From: Acidobacteriota bacterium
Lineage (GTDB): Bacteria; Acidobacteriota; Vicinamibacteria; Fen-336
DNA length: 64,000 nt
Direction: 5' to 3'
Assembly: GCA_016199625.1 (NCBI GenBank)
Contig: JACQGI010000039.1
Coordinates: 2,379 to 66,378, forward strand
The notes below the pieces were generated by a model, which saw only the letters and a program-made list of their open reading frames with translations, was not told the DNA's origin and made no database searches. Of the stretch, positions 55,917 to 64,000 are shown piece after piece. The position numbers were made by a program, and so were the translations under genes. The stretch's first letter is position 1. Each line of letters opens with the position of its first letter.

Positions 55917-57133
55917 GCGGTCGTCGAGCGCTCCCCGGGTTTCTGGGGGCGTTCGCCTCCCGCAACTACCGGCTCCTCTGGATCGGAGCCTTCCTGAGCA
56001 GCGTCGGGAGCTGGACCCAGGACGTCGCGCTCAACTGGCTCATCCACACCCGCTTCGTCGATCCGCGCTACCTGGGCTATCGCTCCTTCGCCGCGGAGCT
56101 GCCCCTCATCGCGTTCATGCTGCTGGGCGGCGCCGCGGCCGACCGGACCGACCGCCGCCGGATCCTCCTGGTCTCCCAGGTGCTGCAGATGTCCTTCGCC
56201 GCCACCCTCGGCCTGCTCTACGTCACGGGCCACCTGGGCGTCGCCGCGATACTGGGCCTGGCCATCCTCACGGGCCTGGCGCAGTCGCAGTCGGCACCCA
56301 CGTACCAGGCCGTGATCACGAGCCTCGTGCCGCCCCCGCAGATCCAGAGCGCCGTGGCGCTGAACTCGCTGCAGTTCAACCTGTCGCGGGCCATCGGTCC
56401 CGTGATCGCGGCACTGCTGCTCGCGGGTGCGGGCACCGGCTGGTGCTTCGCCGTGAACGCGGGGTCGTTCCTGGCGGTGATCGTGGCGCTCTGGCGGATC
56501 GAGATCGCGTCCCCGGGCCTCGGAGGCAAGGAGAGCCTGGCCCGGAGCCTGGCCGCCGGCCTGAGGCACGTCAGGGAGAACCACGTGCTCGCCGTCCTCG
56601 TCGCCCTGGCGGCCGCCGGGAGCTTCCTCGCGTATCCGCTCCTCACGTTCCTGCCCGTGATCGCCGGCGACGTCCTGCGCACGGGCGCGGCAGGCTACAG
56701 CCAGCTCCTCTCGAGCTTCGGCGTCGGCGCCATCGTGGGCGCAGTGGTCACGGCGCAGCGCGGTCACGTGCCGGGCCGCGGCCGCATCCTGAACGGCGCC
56801 TTCGTTCTCTACGGTCTGGCGACCCTCGGCGCGATGGTGTCGCGCCGGCAGGGCCTCTCGATGGCGCTGCTCTGCGCCGCGGGCTTCTTCCTGGTGTGCG
56901 CCTTCTCCATCGTGAACTCCCTCGTCCAGGAGAACGCGCCCGACGAACTGCGGGGGCGCGTCGTGAGCATCTACGGCCTCGCCTTCCGCGGCGGGATGCC
57001 GCTGGGCAGCCTGGTAGCCGGCTTCCTCGTGGGTCCCTTCGGCGCGCCGGCGGTGATCGGCTCGTTCTCGGCTCTCCTCGTCGTCCTCTCCGCCACCCTC
57101 TTCGCGCGCAGCGCGCGCCTCCGTTTGGCGTGA
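55913..57133 (+). CDS. MFS transporter (EntS/DUF894-like).
   Basis: Twelve TM helices. N-terminus YRLLWIGAFLSSVGSWTQDVAL. GTG start overlaps the previous stop. Confidence 0.8.
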   Translation: MSGRRALPGFLGAFASRNYRLLWIGAFLSSVGSWTQDVALNWLIHTRFVDPRYLGYRSFAAELPLIAFMLLGGAAADRTDRRRILLVSQVLQMSFAATLGLLYVTGHLGVAAILGLAILTGLAQSQSAPTYQAVITSLVPPPQIQSAVALNSLQFNLSRAIGPVIAALLLAGAGTGWCFAVNAGSFLAVIVALWRIEIASPGLGGKESLARSLAAGLRHVRENHVLAVLVALAAAGSFLAYPLLTFLPVIAGDVLRTGAAGYSQLLSSFGVGAIVGAVVTAQRGHVPGRGRILNGAFVLYGLATLGAMVSRRQGLSMALLCAAGFFLVCAFSIVNSLVQENAPDELRGRVVSIYGLAFRGGMPLGSLVAGFLVGPFGAPAVIGSFSALLVVLSATLFARSARLRLA

Positions 57134-57142
57134 CGCGCGGCG

Positions 57143-57170
57143 GCGAAATCGCTCCTGCGAAATCGTTCCT
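57143..57170. repeat. Tandem direct repeat, 2 x 14 nt (gcgaaatcgYtcct), immediately upstream of a promoter-like element. Possible operator.
   Basis: gcgaaatcgctcct followed by gcgaaatcgttcct, read directly. It abuts TTGACC-N18-TAAGCT (57170-57199). Confidence 0.4.
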
Positions 57171-57199
57171 TGACCCGCGCGGCGGGCGCGGCGTAAGCT
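57170..57199 (+). promoter_or_regulatory. Candidate sigma-70 promoter, TTGACC-N18-TAAGCT.
   Basis: Read directly. It lies upstream of a GGAGAG RBS and the ATG at 57243. Confidence 0.3.
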
Positions 57200-57242
57200 G
57201 GCCTCAGGTCCTGCGTCCTGCGTCGGGACGTCGGAGAGAGAA

Positions 57243-57413
57243 ATGAAGCACCCGGCCGGTGCCCTCACCCCGCGCCCGACGAGCTCGCCATACCGACCGG
57301 GGACGTACCTGCGCTGCGCGGCCTGCGGGAAGCTCCTGAAGATCGAGTGGGCGACGCGGAGCATCGTGTGCGCCTGCGGCGCGCGCATCCCGGCCACCCC
57401 CTCGGGGAAGTAG
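57243..57413 (+). CDS. 56-aa zinc-ribbon protein (CxxC...CxC), hypothetical. Absent from the ORF track.
   Basis: MKHPAGALTPRPTSSPYRPGTYLRCAACGKLLKIEWATRSIVCACGARIPATPSGK. GGAGAGAGAA RBS 3-5 nt upstream of the ATG. Confidence 0.35.
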   Translation: MKHPAGALTPRPTSSPYRPGTYLRCAACGKLLKIEWATRSIVCACGARIPATPSGK

Positions 57414-57452
57414 CTGGACCGACCGGCGCGGCTCACCCTCGACGCGGCGGTC

Positions 57453-59975
57453 GTGCCGGGCCTCCTCCTCCTCGTCGCGCGCGACCTCCTCGTGCACGAC
57501 CCGCCGCGAGTGCTCGCGTGGCGAGCTCTCCACGACCCGCGCCTCTCGAGCCTGCCGGCCTGGCTCGCGCCGCTCCTGCCGCGACCCCGCCCCGAGCTGG
57601 ATGCCGACCCCGTCGCGCTTCTCCTCGGGGCCCTCGCCATCGGCTTCGCCGCCGCCTATCTTTTCGCCGCGCTGCGCGGCGCGCGGGTCGTCCTGCGCGC
57701 GGCGCTCGTGGCCGCGTCGGCCGCTACGCTCGTCGTCCTCCCGACGGCGGCCTTCGTCGGCCTCGGCATCGCGACGGATCGGCCGTTCGGGCAGGACGGC
57801 GGCGTCGTGCAGCTTCCCCTGGCCCTCGACAGGCTCCTCGCCGGCGAGAGCCCGTACGGCGCCGACTACTCCGACAGCATCCTCGGCAAGGAGGCGCGGG
57901 CCTCGGACTTCTGGAGCGCCCACGGCGGCAACCCGATCCTGCGGCACCACGCCTACCTGCCGGGGACCCACCTTGCGATGATGCCTTTCTACCTGTACGC
58001 GCGTGCGCTGGGGGCCTCTTTCGACCCTCGGGCCGTCACGCTCCTCGGGTGGCTCCTTGCGGTCGGCCTCGCCGTGCGCCTCGTCGAACACGTCTCCGCG
58101 CGGCTCGCCGCTGCGGCAGTCGTCGCCCTGAACCCGCTCGTCTACTGGCACCAGATCTTCGGTGCCAACGACCTGCTGGTCGTGGCCATGGTGCTGGCGG
58201 CGGTCCGGCTCGCCACGGCAGGACGCCCCCTCGCCTCGGGGGCGTTGCTCGGCCTCGCGTGCGCCACCAAGCAGCTCGCCTGGCCGTTCGCGCCCTTCCT
58301 TCTGGTCCACCTCTCCGGTGCGGGCACCTTCGGCGAGCTCGCCGGCCGCACCGCCCTCCGCCGGCTCGCGGGGCCGTCCCTCGTCGCGACGGGAGTCTTC
58401 GCCGCGATCGTCGCTCCCGTGGCGGCGCTGGACCTCGCCCGGTTCTGGGGCGACATCGTCGTCTACAACGTCGGGCTTCCCGGCGCGGACAACTATCCTC
58501 TCGGCGGAACGCCGGGCTTCGGCTTCGCCAACTACCTCGTCTACTTCGGCACGGTGGCGAGCCTGCAGGAACACGCTCCCCTGGCCGGCTTCTACCTCCT
58601 CCTGGTGCCCGTGGGGCTCCTGCTGCTGCGCCACCAGATGCGCAGCGGCGCCGCGGCGACGGTGCTGGTCACGGGGAGCGCGGCGCTGCTGGCGTCGCTG
58701 TACTTCTCCCGGGTGGTCCACGCCAACTACCTGGTGCTGCCCGCGATCCTCCTTCCGCTGGGATTCCTCATGGGGGAGCGCCGGTCCGCCGACGTGGCCG
58801 CCGTGCCGCTGCTGCTCCTCGCCCTCGCCGTAGAGGTGGCCGAGGGCGAGCTGTTCCGTGCAGCGTGGGAGGACGCGGTGAACGCGCGCCTGCCGCGCTA
58901 CCTCGAGGGGCTCGCGGCGACGCTGGCTCCGCGGGCCGGCCCCGACCTCACCCAGGACCCTCTGGGCCTGCTCGTGAGCGCCACGGCCGCGGGGCTGGGC
59001 GTCGCGTACGTCGTGGCCGGAATCCTCGGTGCGTCGGTCCGCGCGCGCGTCGCCGTGGTCGTGGCAGGGGCGCTGCTCGTCGTGGCGCTCCCCACGCGCG
59101 CGCTCGTGCGCATCGGCGAGGCCACGGGGACTCCCCGCGTCCAGGCGTCCTTCGCGGCGTCGGTGCTGGCGGGGATGCGCGCCTCCGACGCGCCGCCGGT
59201 GCGGGAGGCGTGGAGCGCGAGCTTCCGGAGGGACCCGCCCCGGCGGCTCGAGGCCGACGTGCCGTCTCCCGCGGCGCCGGCGCTGGGCCGCCTGTTGCGG
59301 GCCCTCGGGCTGCGCGACCCGCGGCCCCTGGCGCTGGTGGCGTTGGCCGTCTCCCTGATGCTGCTCGTCGTTCTGGTTCCGCAGCCGGCTGTCCCCCTCG
59401 TGTCGGGGATCGCGCTCCTCGCTCCGCCGGCAGCCGTCGGCGTCGCGTTCGGCTCCGGCGACGTCCTGGTCCTTGCGGCGGCCCTCGGCGCGCTCCTCCT
59501 GCGCGCCCGCGGTCGATCCCTGGCCTCGGGGGTCGTCCTGGGCTGCGTAATCCCCCTCGCGCCTCTCGCCGTTCTGCTCTCGCCGCTCGTGCTGTCACCG
59601 GACCGTCTGTTCGCCCGGCGTGCCCTCGGTGGTCTCGCTCTCGGTGCCGCGATCATCACGGGAGCGGCGCTGCTCCTCGACCCGGAGGGCTTCGCGGACG
59701 GGTGGACGCTCGCGGGGCCCGGCTCCGGACTAGGGAACCTCCTCCTCTACTTCGGGGCCGGAGACGCCTCCCTGCGCCTGGCGACGCTCGCCCTCGGGGC
59801 GGCGGTCGTGGCCCTCGTCGCCTTCGCGATGGGTCGCGGCCGGAGGGCCGAGGTCAGAGCGGCGGCGGCTGTGGGGGCCGCGGCGCTCGTGGCGGGCGCG
59901 GTCCTCGCGCCCTGGAGCTCGCCCCACGACCTCGCCGTGCCGCTCGCCCTGCTGGCTGTCGCCAGCGCGGACTGA
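57453..59975 (+). CDS. 840-aa polytopic membrane protein (possible DUF2029/GT87-like glycosyltransferase; function uncertain).
   Basis: More than 20 hydrophobic segments. The [15 protein letters not shown] motif resembles mannosyltransferase-like membrane proteins. GTG start. Confidence 0.55.
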   Translation: MPGLLLLVARDLLVHDPPRVLAWRALHDPRLSSLPAWLAPLLPRPRPELDADPVALLLGALAIGFAAAYLFAALRGARVVLRAALVAASAATLVVLPTAAFVGLGIATDRPFGQDGGVVQLPLALDRLLAGESPYGADYSDSILGKEARASDFWSAHGGNPILRHHAYLPGTHLAMMPFYLYARALGASFDPRAVTLLGWLLAVGLAVRLVEHVSARLAAAAVVALNPLVYWHQIFGANDLLVVAMVLAAVRLATAGRPLASGALLGLACATKQLAWPFAPFLLVHLSGAGTFGELAGRTALRRLAGPSLVATGVFAAIVAPVAALDLARFWGDIVVYNVGLPGADNYPLGGTPGFGFANYLVYFGTVASLQEHAPLAGFYLLLVPVGLLLLRHQMRSGAAATVLVTGSAALLASLYFSRVVHANYLVLPAILLPLGFLMGERRSADVAAVPLLLLALAVEVAEGELFRAAWEDAVNARLPRYLEGLAATLAPRAGPDLTQDPLGLLVSATAAGLGVAYVVAGILGASVRARVAVVVAGALLVVALPTRALVRIGEATGTPRVQASFAASVLAGMRASDAPPVREAWSASFRRDPPRRLEADVPSPAAPALGRLLRALGLRDPRPLALVALAVSLMLLVVLVPQPAVPLVSGIALLAPPAAVGVAFGSGDVLVLAAALGALLLRARGRSLASGVVLGCVIPLAPLAVLLSPLVLSPDRLFARRALGGLALGAAIITGAALLLDPEGFADGWTLAGPGSGLGNLLLYFGAGDASLRLATLALGAAVVALVAFAMGRGRRAEVRAAAAVGAAALVAGAVLAPWSSPHDLAVPLALLAVASAD

Positions 59976-60071
59976 CCTCCGCGAACGGTTCTGGCGGAGC
60001 CGATGTCCTCTCCCCTCGTTCGACCGACGAGGTCAGGGGATTCCTGAGCTCCGTTTACGGTCATCTGGGCC

Positions 60072-60088
60072 GCGGGCCGATGGCCCGC
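60072..60088. terminator. GC-rich hairpin (gcgggcc-gat-ggcccgc) between the membrane-protein gene and the tRNA. Possible bidirectional terminator.
   Basis: Perfect 7-bp stem with a 3-nt loop. No U-tract, so this is weak. Confidence 0.2.
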
Positions 60089-60095
60089 AAGTGTG

Positions 60096-60180
60096 TGGTG
60101 CCGGAGGCGGGACTCGAACCCGCATGGGTTTCCCCACACGCCCCTCAAACGTGCGTGTCTGCCAATTCCACCACTCCGGC
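60096..60180 (-). tRNA. tRNA-Leu (anticodon GAG), class II with a long variable arm, CCA encoded.
   Basis: Folded by hand. Acceptor stem GCCGGAG/CUCCGGC. D stem GUG/CAC. Anticodon stem CACGU/GCGUG with loop UUGAGGG (U33, GAG, purine 37). Variable arm of 13 nt. T stem GCGGG-UUCGAGU-CCCGC. Discriminator A plus CCA. Total 85 nt. Confidence 0.85.
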
Positions 60181-60207
60181 ACGGAACGGTGGCGAACGGA
60201 ACTCCGG

Positions 60208-60236
60208 ATTTTAGAGGCCTGGAGCGGCCCTGTCAA
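60208..60236 (-). promoter_or_regulatory. Consensus sigma-70 promoter, TTGACA-N17-TAAAAT, driving tRNA-Leu.
   Basis: Reverse complement of 60208-60236. The -10 element ends about 27 nt upstream of tRNA position +1. Confidence 0.5.
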
Positions 60237-60381
60237 TCCGGGCCCCCTCGGGCCAGCGGAGCCCTTCCCGAACCGCGGCGGAAGCCTTCCCGAGCTCACC
60301 GCACGTGCGAACGACGGATCAACGACTTGCAGCCTCCGGCGCACGGCACGCCCGTTGCCTCAGAGGGTGGCGGAGGGACGC

Positions 60382-60549
60382 ATGGACCGACACGGCGGGA
60401 ACTTGAGCTTCGGCGAGGTCGCGGGCGGGCTCACGGCGCGAACAGGGTGGACCTGGGACGAGGGGCCGGAGCCGACCGCGGACGGACGAGAGGAGGCCAG
60501 CGGCGCGGAAGGCGCCCCTGCGGCGTCGGAGCCGGGAGACCGGTCGTGA
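60382..60549 (+). CDS. 55-aa acidic, disordered small ORF (hypothetical). Absent from the ORF track.
   Basis: A GGAGGG Shine-Dalgarno sits 5 nt upstream of the ATG. Third-position GC is high. Its stop overlaps the next ORF start (GTGA). Confidence 0.3.
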   Translation: MDRHGGNLSFGEVAGGLTARTGWTWDEGPEPTADGREEASGAEGAPAASEPGDRS

Positions 60550-60860
60550 GCCGCCCGCGCCGCTTCGTGTTCATCGACGGCCGCGAGGTCGAGGCTGATT
60601 CCCCGGTGGCGCTGCTCGAGGCGCTTCGCGGCAGCGAGCACCTCCCCCCGGCGACCCTCGATCGCTACCTGGACCTGCTCCACAGCCGCGGCGCCCTCGG
60701 CTTCGGCCTGCGGCTCGACGTGGGAGCGCCCGGTGAGGCCATCGAGGCACGCTGCCACAGAGCCCTTGGCAGCCTCATCGCCTTCGGCTGGGTGCGACCC
60801 GTCGCCTCGGCGCGCCGGCGTGTTGCCGGTCGGTGCGTCCCGATCAGGACAGGTCCCTGA
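60546..60860 (+). CDS. 104-aa hypothetical protein (tail of track ORF 60093..60860).
   Basis: VSRPRRFVFIDGREVEADSPVALLEALRGSEHL... Third-position GC is about 85%, well above the genome average. It overlaps the convergent oxidoreductase gene end by 17 nt. Confidence 0.35.
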   Translation: MSRPRRFVFIDGREVEADSPVALLEALRGSEHLPPATLDRYLDLLHSRGALGFGLRLDVGAPGEAIEARCHRALGSLIAFGWVRPVASARRRVAGRCVPIRTGP

Positions 60861-62418
60861 GGATCTCCCGCGCGGCGTTGGCGCCCGGGCCCCCCGTGAC
60901 GCCGCCGCCGGGATGCGTCCCGGCGCCGCAGAGGTAGAGCCCCTCGACGGGCGTCCGGTAGCGTCCCCAGCCCAGGAGGGGGCGCATGGCGAAGAGCTGA
61001 CCGAGGGACGGCTCCCCGTGAGAGGGGTGACCGCCGGTGAGGGCGTAGGTGCGCTCGAGGTCGAGGGGCGTGAGGACGTGACGGTCGAGGACGAGGCCGG
61101 CGAGGCCGGGGGCGTACGCCTCGAGCGTCCGCAACACGGCGTCGCCCACCTCGTCGCGACGCGCGTCCCAGCTTCCCTCGCGCAGGCGGTAGGGCGTGTA
61201 CTGGACGTACACCGACATCACGTGACGGCCGCTGGGTGCGAGGCTCGGGTCGGTCAGGGTGGGGATCGTGACGTCGAGGTACGGAAGTCGCGAGATCCCG
61301 CCGTACTTGGCGTCGTCGTAGGCGCGCTCGAGGGCGTCCACGCCCGGCCCCACGTGGATCCGTCCTGCGAGCGTCGCGGCCGGGTCTCGCCCGTCGAGGC
61401 CCTCGAATGCGGGGAGCGCCGAGAGCGCGAGGTGGACCTTGGACGCCATCCCTTGGGCTTGGTAGCCCCGCACTCGTCGCAGCTCCTCGGGATCGAGGAG
61501 CGCCGGATCCAGGAGGCCCAGGACCGTCCGGCACGGGTCGGCGCCCGAGACGACGGCGCGAGCCACGACCTCCTCCCCGCCCGCGAGGACGACCCCGGTA
61601 GCGCGTCCGTCCGAGGCCGTGATGCGCGCAACCTCGGCTCCCGTGCGGACCTCGACCCCCAGGCGACGTGCGGCGCCCGCCAGGGCTTCGGAGAGAGCGC
61701 CCAGGCCGCCTTTCACGAGGACGGTGGATCCGGCGCCGTTGCCGTCTCCGGCGGCAGCCGAGAGGAGCAGGTTCGCCGTCGTGCCGGCGGACCAGGGCCC
61801 CGCGAAGACGCCCGAGATTCCGCGAGCGCAGACCATCGCGCGGAGCAGCTCGGTCTCGAACCACTCGGCGGCGAAGTCCGCGACCGCCATGGGCCCCCAG
61901 CGTAGCAGCCGCTGGGCGTCCTCGCGCCCGAGGCCGCGGAAGGCGAGGCCCGCCCCGAGGAGCCCCCACAGGTCGCGCGGGCCCGGCGCGTCCAGGTCCG
62001 GCGGCGTCATCTCGAGGACGCGGGCGAGCATCCGTGCGATGCGTGTCAGGGAGAGGTGGAAGGCCGCGTAGCGGTCGGCGTCGCGCGTCGAGAACGGCCG
62101 GATCTCCGCGGCACAACGCACCGGGTCGCCGAAGAGCGCCAGGCCCCGCCCGTCCGGGAGCGGCGCGAAGAACCGGGGCTCGGGCTCGACCGTCTCCACC
62201 GCGAGCCCCAGCTCGCGGACGACAGCGGCGCGGAGTGGACCGGCCGTGTGGGCGAGGCTCGACACGCGGAAGCCGGGGGCGAACTCCTCGGTGACGGCGG
62301 CGCCGCCGACGCGGTCGCGCCGCTCGAGGAGCAGCGTCCTGAGCCCGCCCTTCGCGAGCAGCGCCGACGTCACGAGGCCGTTCACGCCTCCGCCGATGAC
62401 GACGACGTCGGGTCTCAC
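60844..62418 (-). CDS. Phytoene-desaturase-family (CrtI-like, COG1233) NAD(P)/FAD-dependent oxidoreductase, paralog 2.
   Basis: N-terminal Rossmann motif VVVIGGGVNGLVTSALLAKGG...LERRDRVGGAAVTEE. C-terminal GTHPGGGVTGGPG. GTG start overlaps the paralog 1 stop (GTGA). Confidence 0.8.
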   Translation of the reverse strand: MRPDVVVIGGGVNGLVTSALLAKGGLRTLLLERRDRVGGAAVTEEFAPGFRVSSLAHTAGPLRAAVVRELGLAVETVEPEPRFFAPLPDGRGLALFGDPVRCAAEIRPFSTRDADRYAAFHLSLTRIARMLARVLEMTPPDLDAPGPRDLWGLLGAGLAFRGLGREDAQRLLRWGPMAVADFAAEWFETELLRAMVCARGISGVFAGPWSAGTTANLLLSAAAGDGNGAGSTVLVKGGLGALSEALAGAARRLGVEVRTGAEVARITASDGRATGVVLAGGEEVVARAVVSGADPCRTVLGLLDPALLDPEELRRVRGYQAQGMASKVHLALSALPAFEGLDGRDPAATLAGRIHVGPGVDALERAYDDAKYGGISRLPYLDVTIPTLTDPSLAPSGRHVMSVYVQYTPYRLREGSWDARRDEVGDAVLRTLEAYAPGLAGLVLDRHVLTPLDLERTYALTGGHPSHGEPSLGQLFAMRPLLGWGRYRTPVEGLYLCGAGTHPGGGVTGGPGANAAREILRDLS

Positions 62419-64000
62419 CGGATCCTCCCGCGATCCCAGTCGCGCAGGATCTCGAAGGCCGCGAGCCGTCCCGGGGCCCCCATGATCCCGCCGCCGGGGT
62501 GCGTGGCCGACCCGCACATGTACAGGCTGCGCACCGGCGTCCGGTAGCGGGCCCAGCCCGGCACGGGCCGGAGGAAGAAGAGCTGCTCGAGGCTCAGCTC
62601 GCCCTGGAAGATGTTGCCCTCTGTGAGGCCCCATTCCCTCTCGAGGTCCAGGGGCGTGAGCACTTGGCGGTGGAGGACGAGGCTCTTCAGGTTCGGGGCG
62701 AACTCCGAGAGGGTGTCGATCACCGCGTCGCCGAAGGCGTCGCGCTTCTGGTCCCAGTTCCCTTCCCGCAGCTTGTAGGGGGCGTACTGCACGAAGCACG
62801 ACATCACGTGCTTGCCCGGGGGGGCGACGCTCGGGTCCGTGAGCGACGGGATCACGACGTCCATGTAGGGCCGGCGCGAGAAGTCGCCGTACTTGGCGTC
62901 GTCGTAGGCTCGCTCCATGTACTCGACGCTCGGCGAGATGGAGATCGCGCCGCGCAGGTGGGGCCCCGGGCCGGGAAGACACGTGAAGTCGGGAAGGCCG
63001 TCCAGGGCCAGGTTCACCTTCCCCGACGAGCCCCTCAGCTTGTACCGCCGCACCTCGCCGAGGAAGCTCTCGTCCAACGCCCCCGGCTCGACCATCTTGA
63101 GGAAGGTGCGGTGGGGGTCGACGCTCGACACCACCACGGTCGCGTCGATCTCCTCGCCGCCCTCGAGGACGACGCCCGTCGCGCGCTCGTCGCGGACCTT
63201 GATCCGCTCGATGGCGGCCTTCGTCCGGATCTCGACCCCCGCCTCGCGAGCCGCGCCGGCGATCGCCTCGCTGATGGCCCCGGTTCCGCCCCGGGAGAGT
63301 CCCCAGGAGCGGAAGACGCCGTCGATCTCCCCCATGTAGTGGTGCAGGAGCACGTAGGCGGTGCCCGGCGAGCGCACGCCCAGGAACGTGCCGATGATGC
63401 CGCTCGCCGACATCGTGGCCTTGAGCACGTCGGTCTCGAACCACTGGTCCAGCATGTCGGCGGCGCTCATGGTCATGAGCTGGATCAGGTTGTGCTGGTC
63501 CCGGCGGGGGAGCCGCTGGAAGCGGCGGCCGAGGCCGGCGAGGCGCGCGAGGCCCAGGATGTCGAGGGAGAGCGGGTCCGGGGGGACCATGGCGAGGATG
63601 GGCTTCACGAAGCGCGCCATCTCCACCATGGCCTTCGCGTAGTCGTCGTAGGCCTCGGCGTCGGTGGGCGAGTGGCGGTAGATCTCGCGCCGTGTCCGGC
63701 CGTGGTCGCTCATCCTCCAGAGATGGTCGCCGTCGGGCATCGGCGTGAACGTGCCGTCGAGGGGGAGGATCTCCAGGCCATGCCGCGGCAGGTCCAGCTC
63801 CCGGATGATCTCGGGGCGCAGGAGCGAGACGACGTACGAGCAGACGGAGTACTTGAACCCGGGGAAGATCTCCTCGGTGACCGCGGCGCCTCCGACCAGG
63901 TGGCGCCTCTCCAGGACGAGGACCCGGCGGCCGGCCTTGGCCAGGTAGGCCGCGCTCACGAGGCCGTTGTGGCCCCCACCGACGACCACCACGTCGTAGC
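62415..64000 (-). CDS. Phytoene-desaturase-family (CrtI-like) NAD(P)/FAD-dependent oxidoreductase, paralog 1. Its 5' end probably continues beyond the window.
   Basis: VVVGGGHNGLVSAAYLAKAGRRVLVLERRHLVGGAAVTEE...GSATHPGGGIMGAPG. The reading frame stays open to position 64000. Confidence 0.8.
   Translation of the reverse strand, partial: YDVVVVGGGHNGLVSAAYLAKAGRRVLVLERRHLVGGAAVTEEIFPGFKYSVCSYVVSLLRPEIIRELDLPRHGLEILPLDGTFTPMPDGDHLWRMSDHGRTRREIYRHSPTDAEAYDDYAKAMVEMARFVKPILAMVPPDPLSLDILGLARLAGLGRRFQRLPRRDQHNLIQLMTMSAADMLDQWFETDVLKATMSASGIIGTFLGVRSPGTAYVLLHHYMGEIDGVFRSWGLSRGGTGAISEAIAGAAREAGVEIRTKAAIERIKVRDERATGVVLEGGEEIDATVVVSSVDPHRTFLKMVEPGALDESFLGEVRRYKLRGSSGKVNLALDGLPDFTCLPGPGPHLRGAISISPSVEYMERAYDDAKYGDFSRRPYMDVVIPSLTDPSVAPPGKHVMSCFVQYAPYKLREGNWDQKRDAFGDAVIDTLSEFAPNLKSLVLHRQVLTPLDLEREWGLTEGNIFQGELSLEQLFFLRPVPGWARYRTPVRSLYMCGSATHPGGGIMGAPGRLAAFEILRDWDRGRIR

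Noticed and set aside
59976-60095. Integrated mobile element or att duplication at the tRNA-Leu 3' side.
   Set aside because: The region is only 120 bp with no integrase. No direct repeat of the tRNA 3' end was seen elsewhere in the window.
1-64000. CRISPR arrays, transposases or IS elements, and phage or defence genes.
   Set aside because: No regularly spaced direct repeats were seen. No transposase, integrase, nuclease/helicase or restriction-modification signatures appeared in any translated frame I read.

Overview
This is a GC-rich (about 70% GC) chromosomal segment with very high third-position GC in real genes. It carries a tRNA-Leu(GAG) and about 65 protein-coding genes, mostly on the + strand, many joined by 4-nt ATGA or GTGA stop/start overlaps. 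Housekeeping operons are interleaved with a dense set of signalling genes. The housekeeping blocks are nrdR; pgpA-cinA-thpR-plsY-gpsA; ftsY-ribD-ribE-ribBA; and ffh-rpsP-KH-rimM-trmD-rplS-rnhB. The signalling genes include an ECF sigma/anti-sigma/LiaF-like envelope-stress module and an NtrY/NtrX-like pair. Three separate cyclic-nucleotide genes are present: an FHA-GAF-cyclase beside a HAMP-HD-GYP enzyme, a frameshifted cNMP-binding gene, and an MscS channel fused to a cNMP-binding domain. There is a Ser/Thr phospho-signalling cluster (J-domain/TPR, PP2C phosphatase, PEGA kinase, secreted TPR-NHL and PEGA-PDZ proteins, FHA). A translationally coupled operon runs hybrid kinase > receiver > EAL > EAL > membrane protein. 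A 1042-aa TPR protein with a Pro-rich disordered core resembles SgmX of Myxococcus xanthus in outline, and Roadblock/LC7, PEGA and T2SSE_N proteins are also present. Together these point, tentatively, to a Myxococcota-like or related deltaproteobacterial/acidobacterial lineage. Several near-consensus sigma-70 promoters are visible (TTGACA-N17/18-TAAAAT/TAGAAT). No CRISPR array, transposase, integrase or obvious defence nuclease was seen. Many long antisense ORFs are GC artefacts. All calls rest on reading the translations and motifs by eye; no database search was run.
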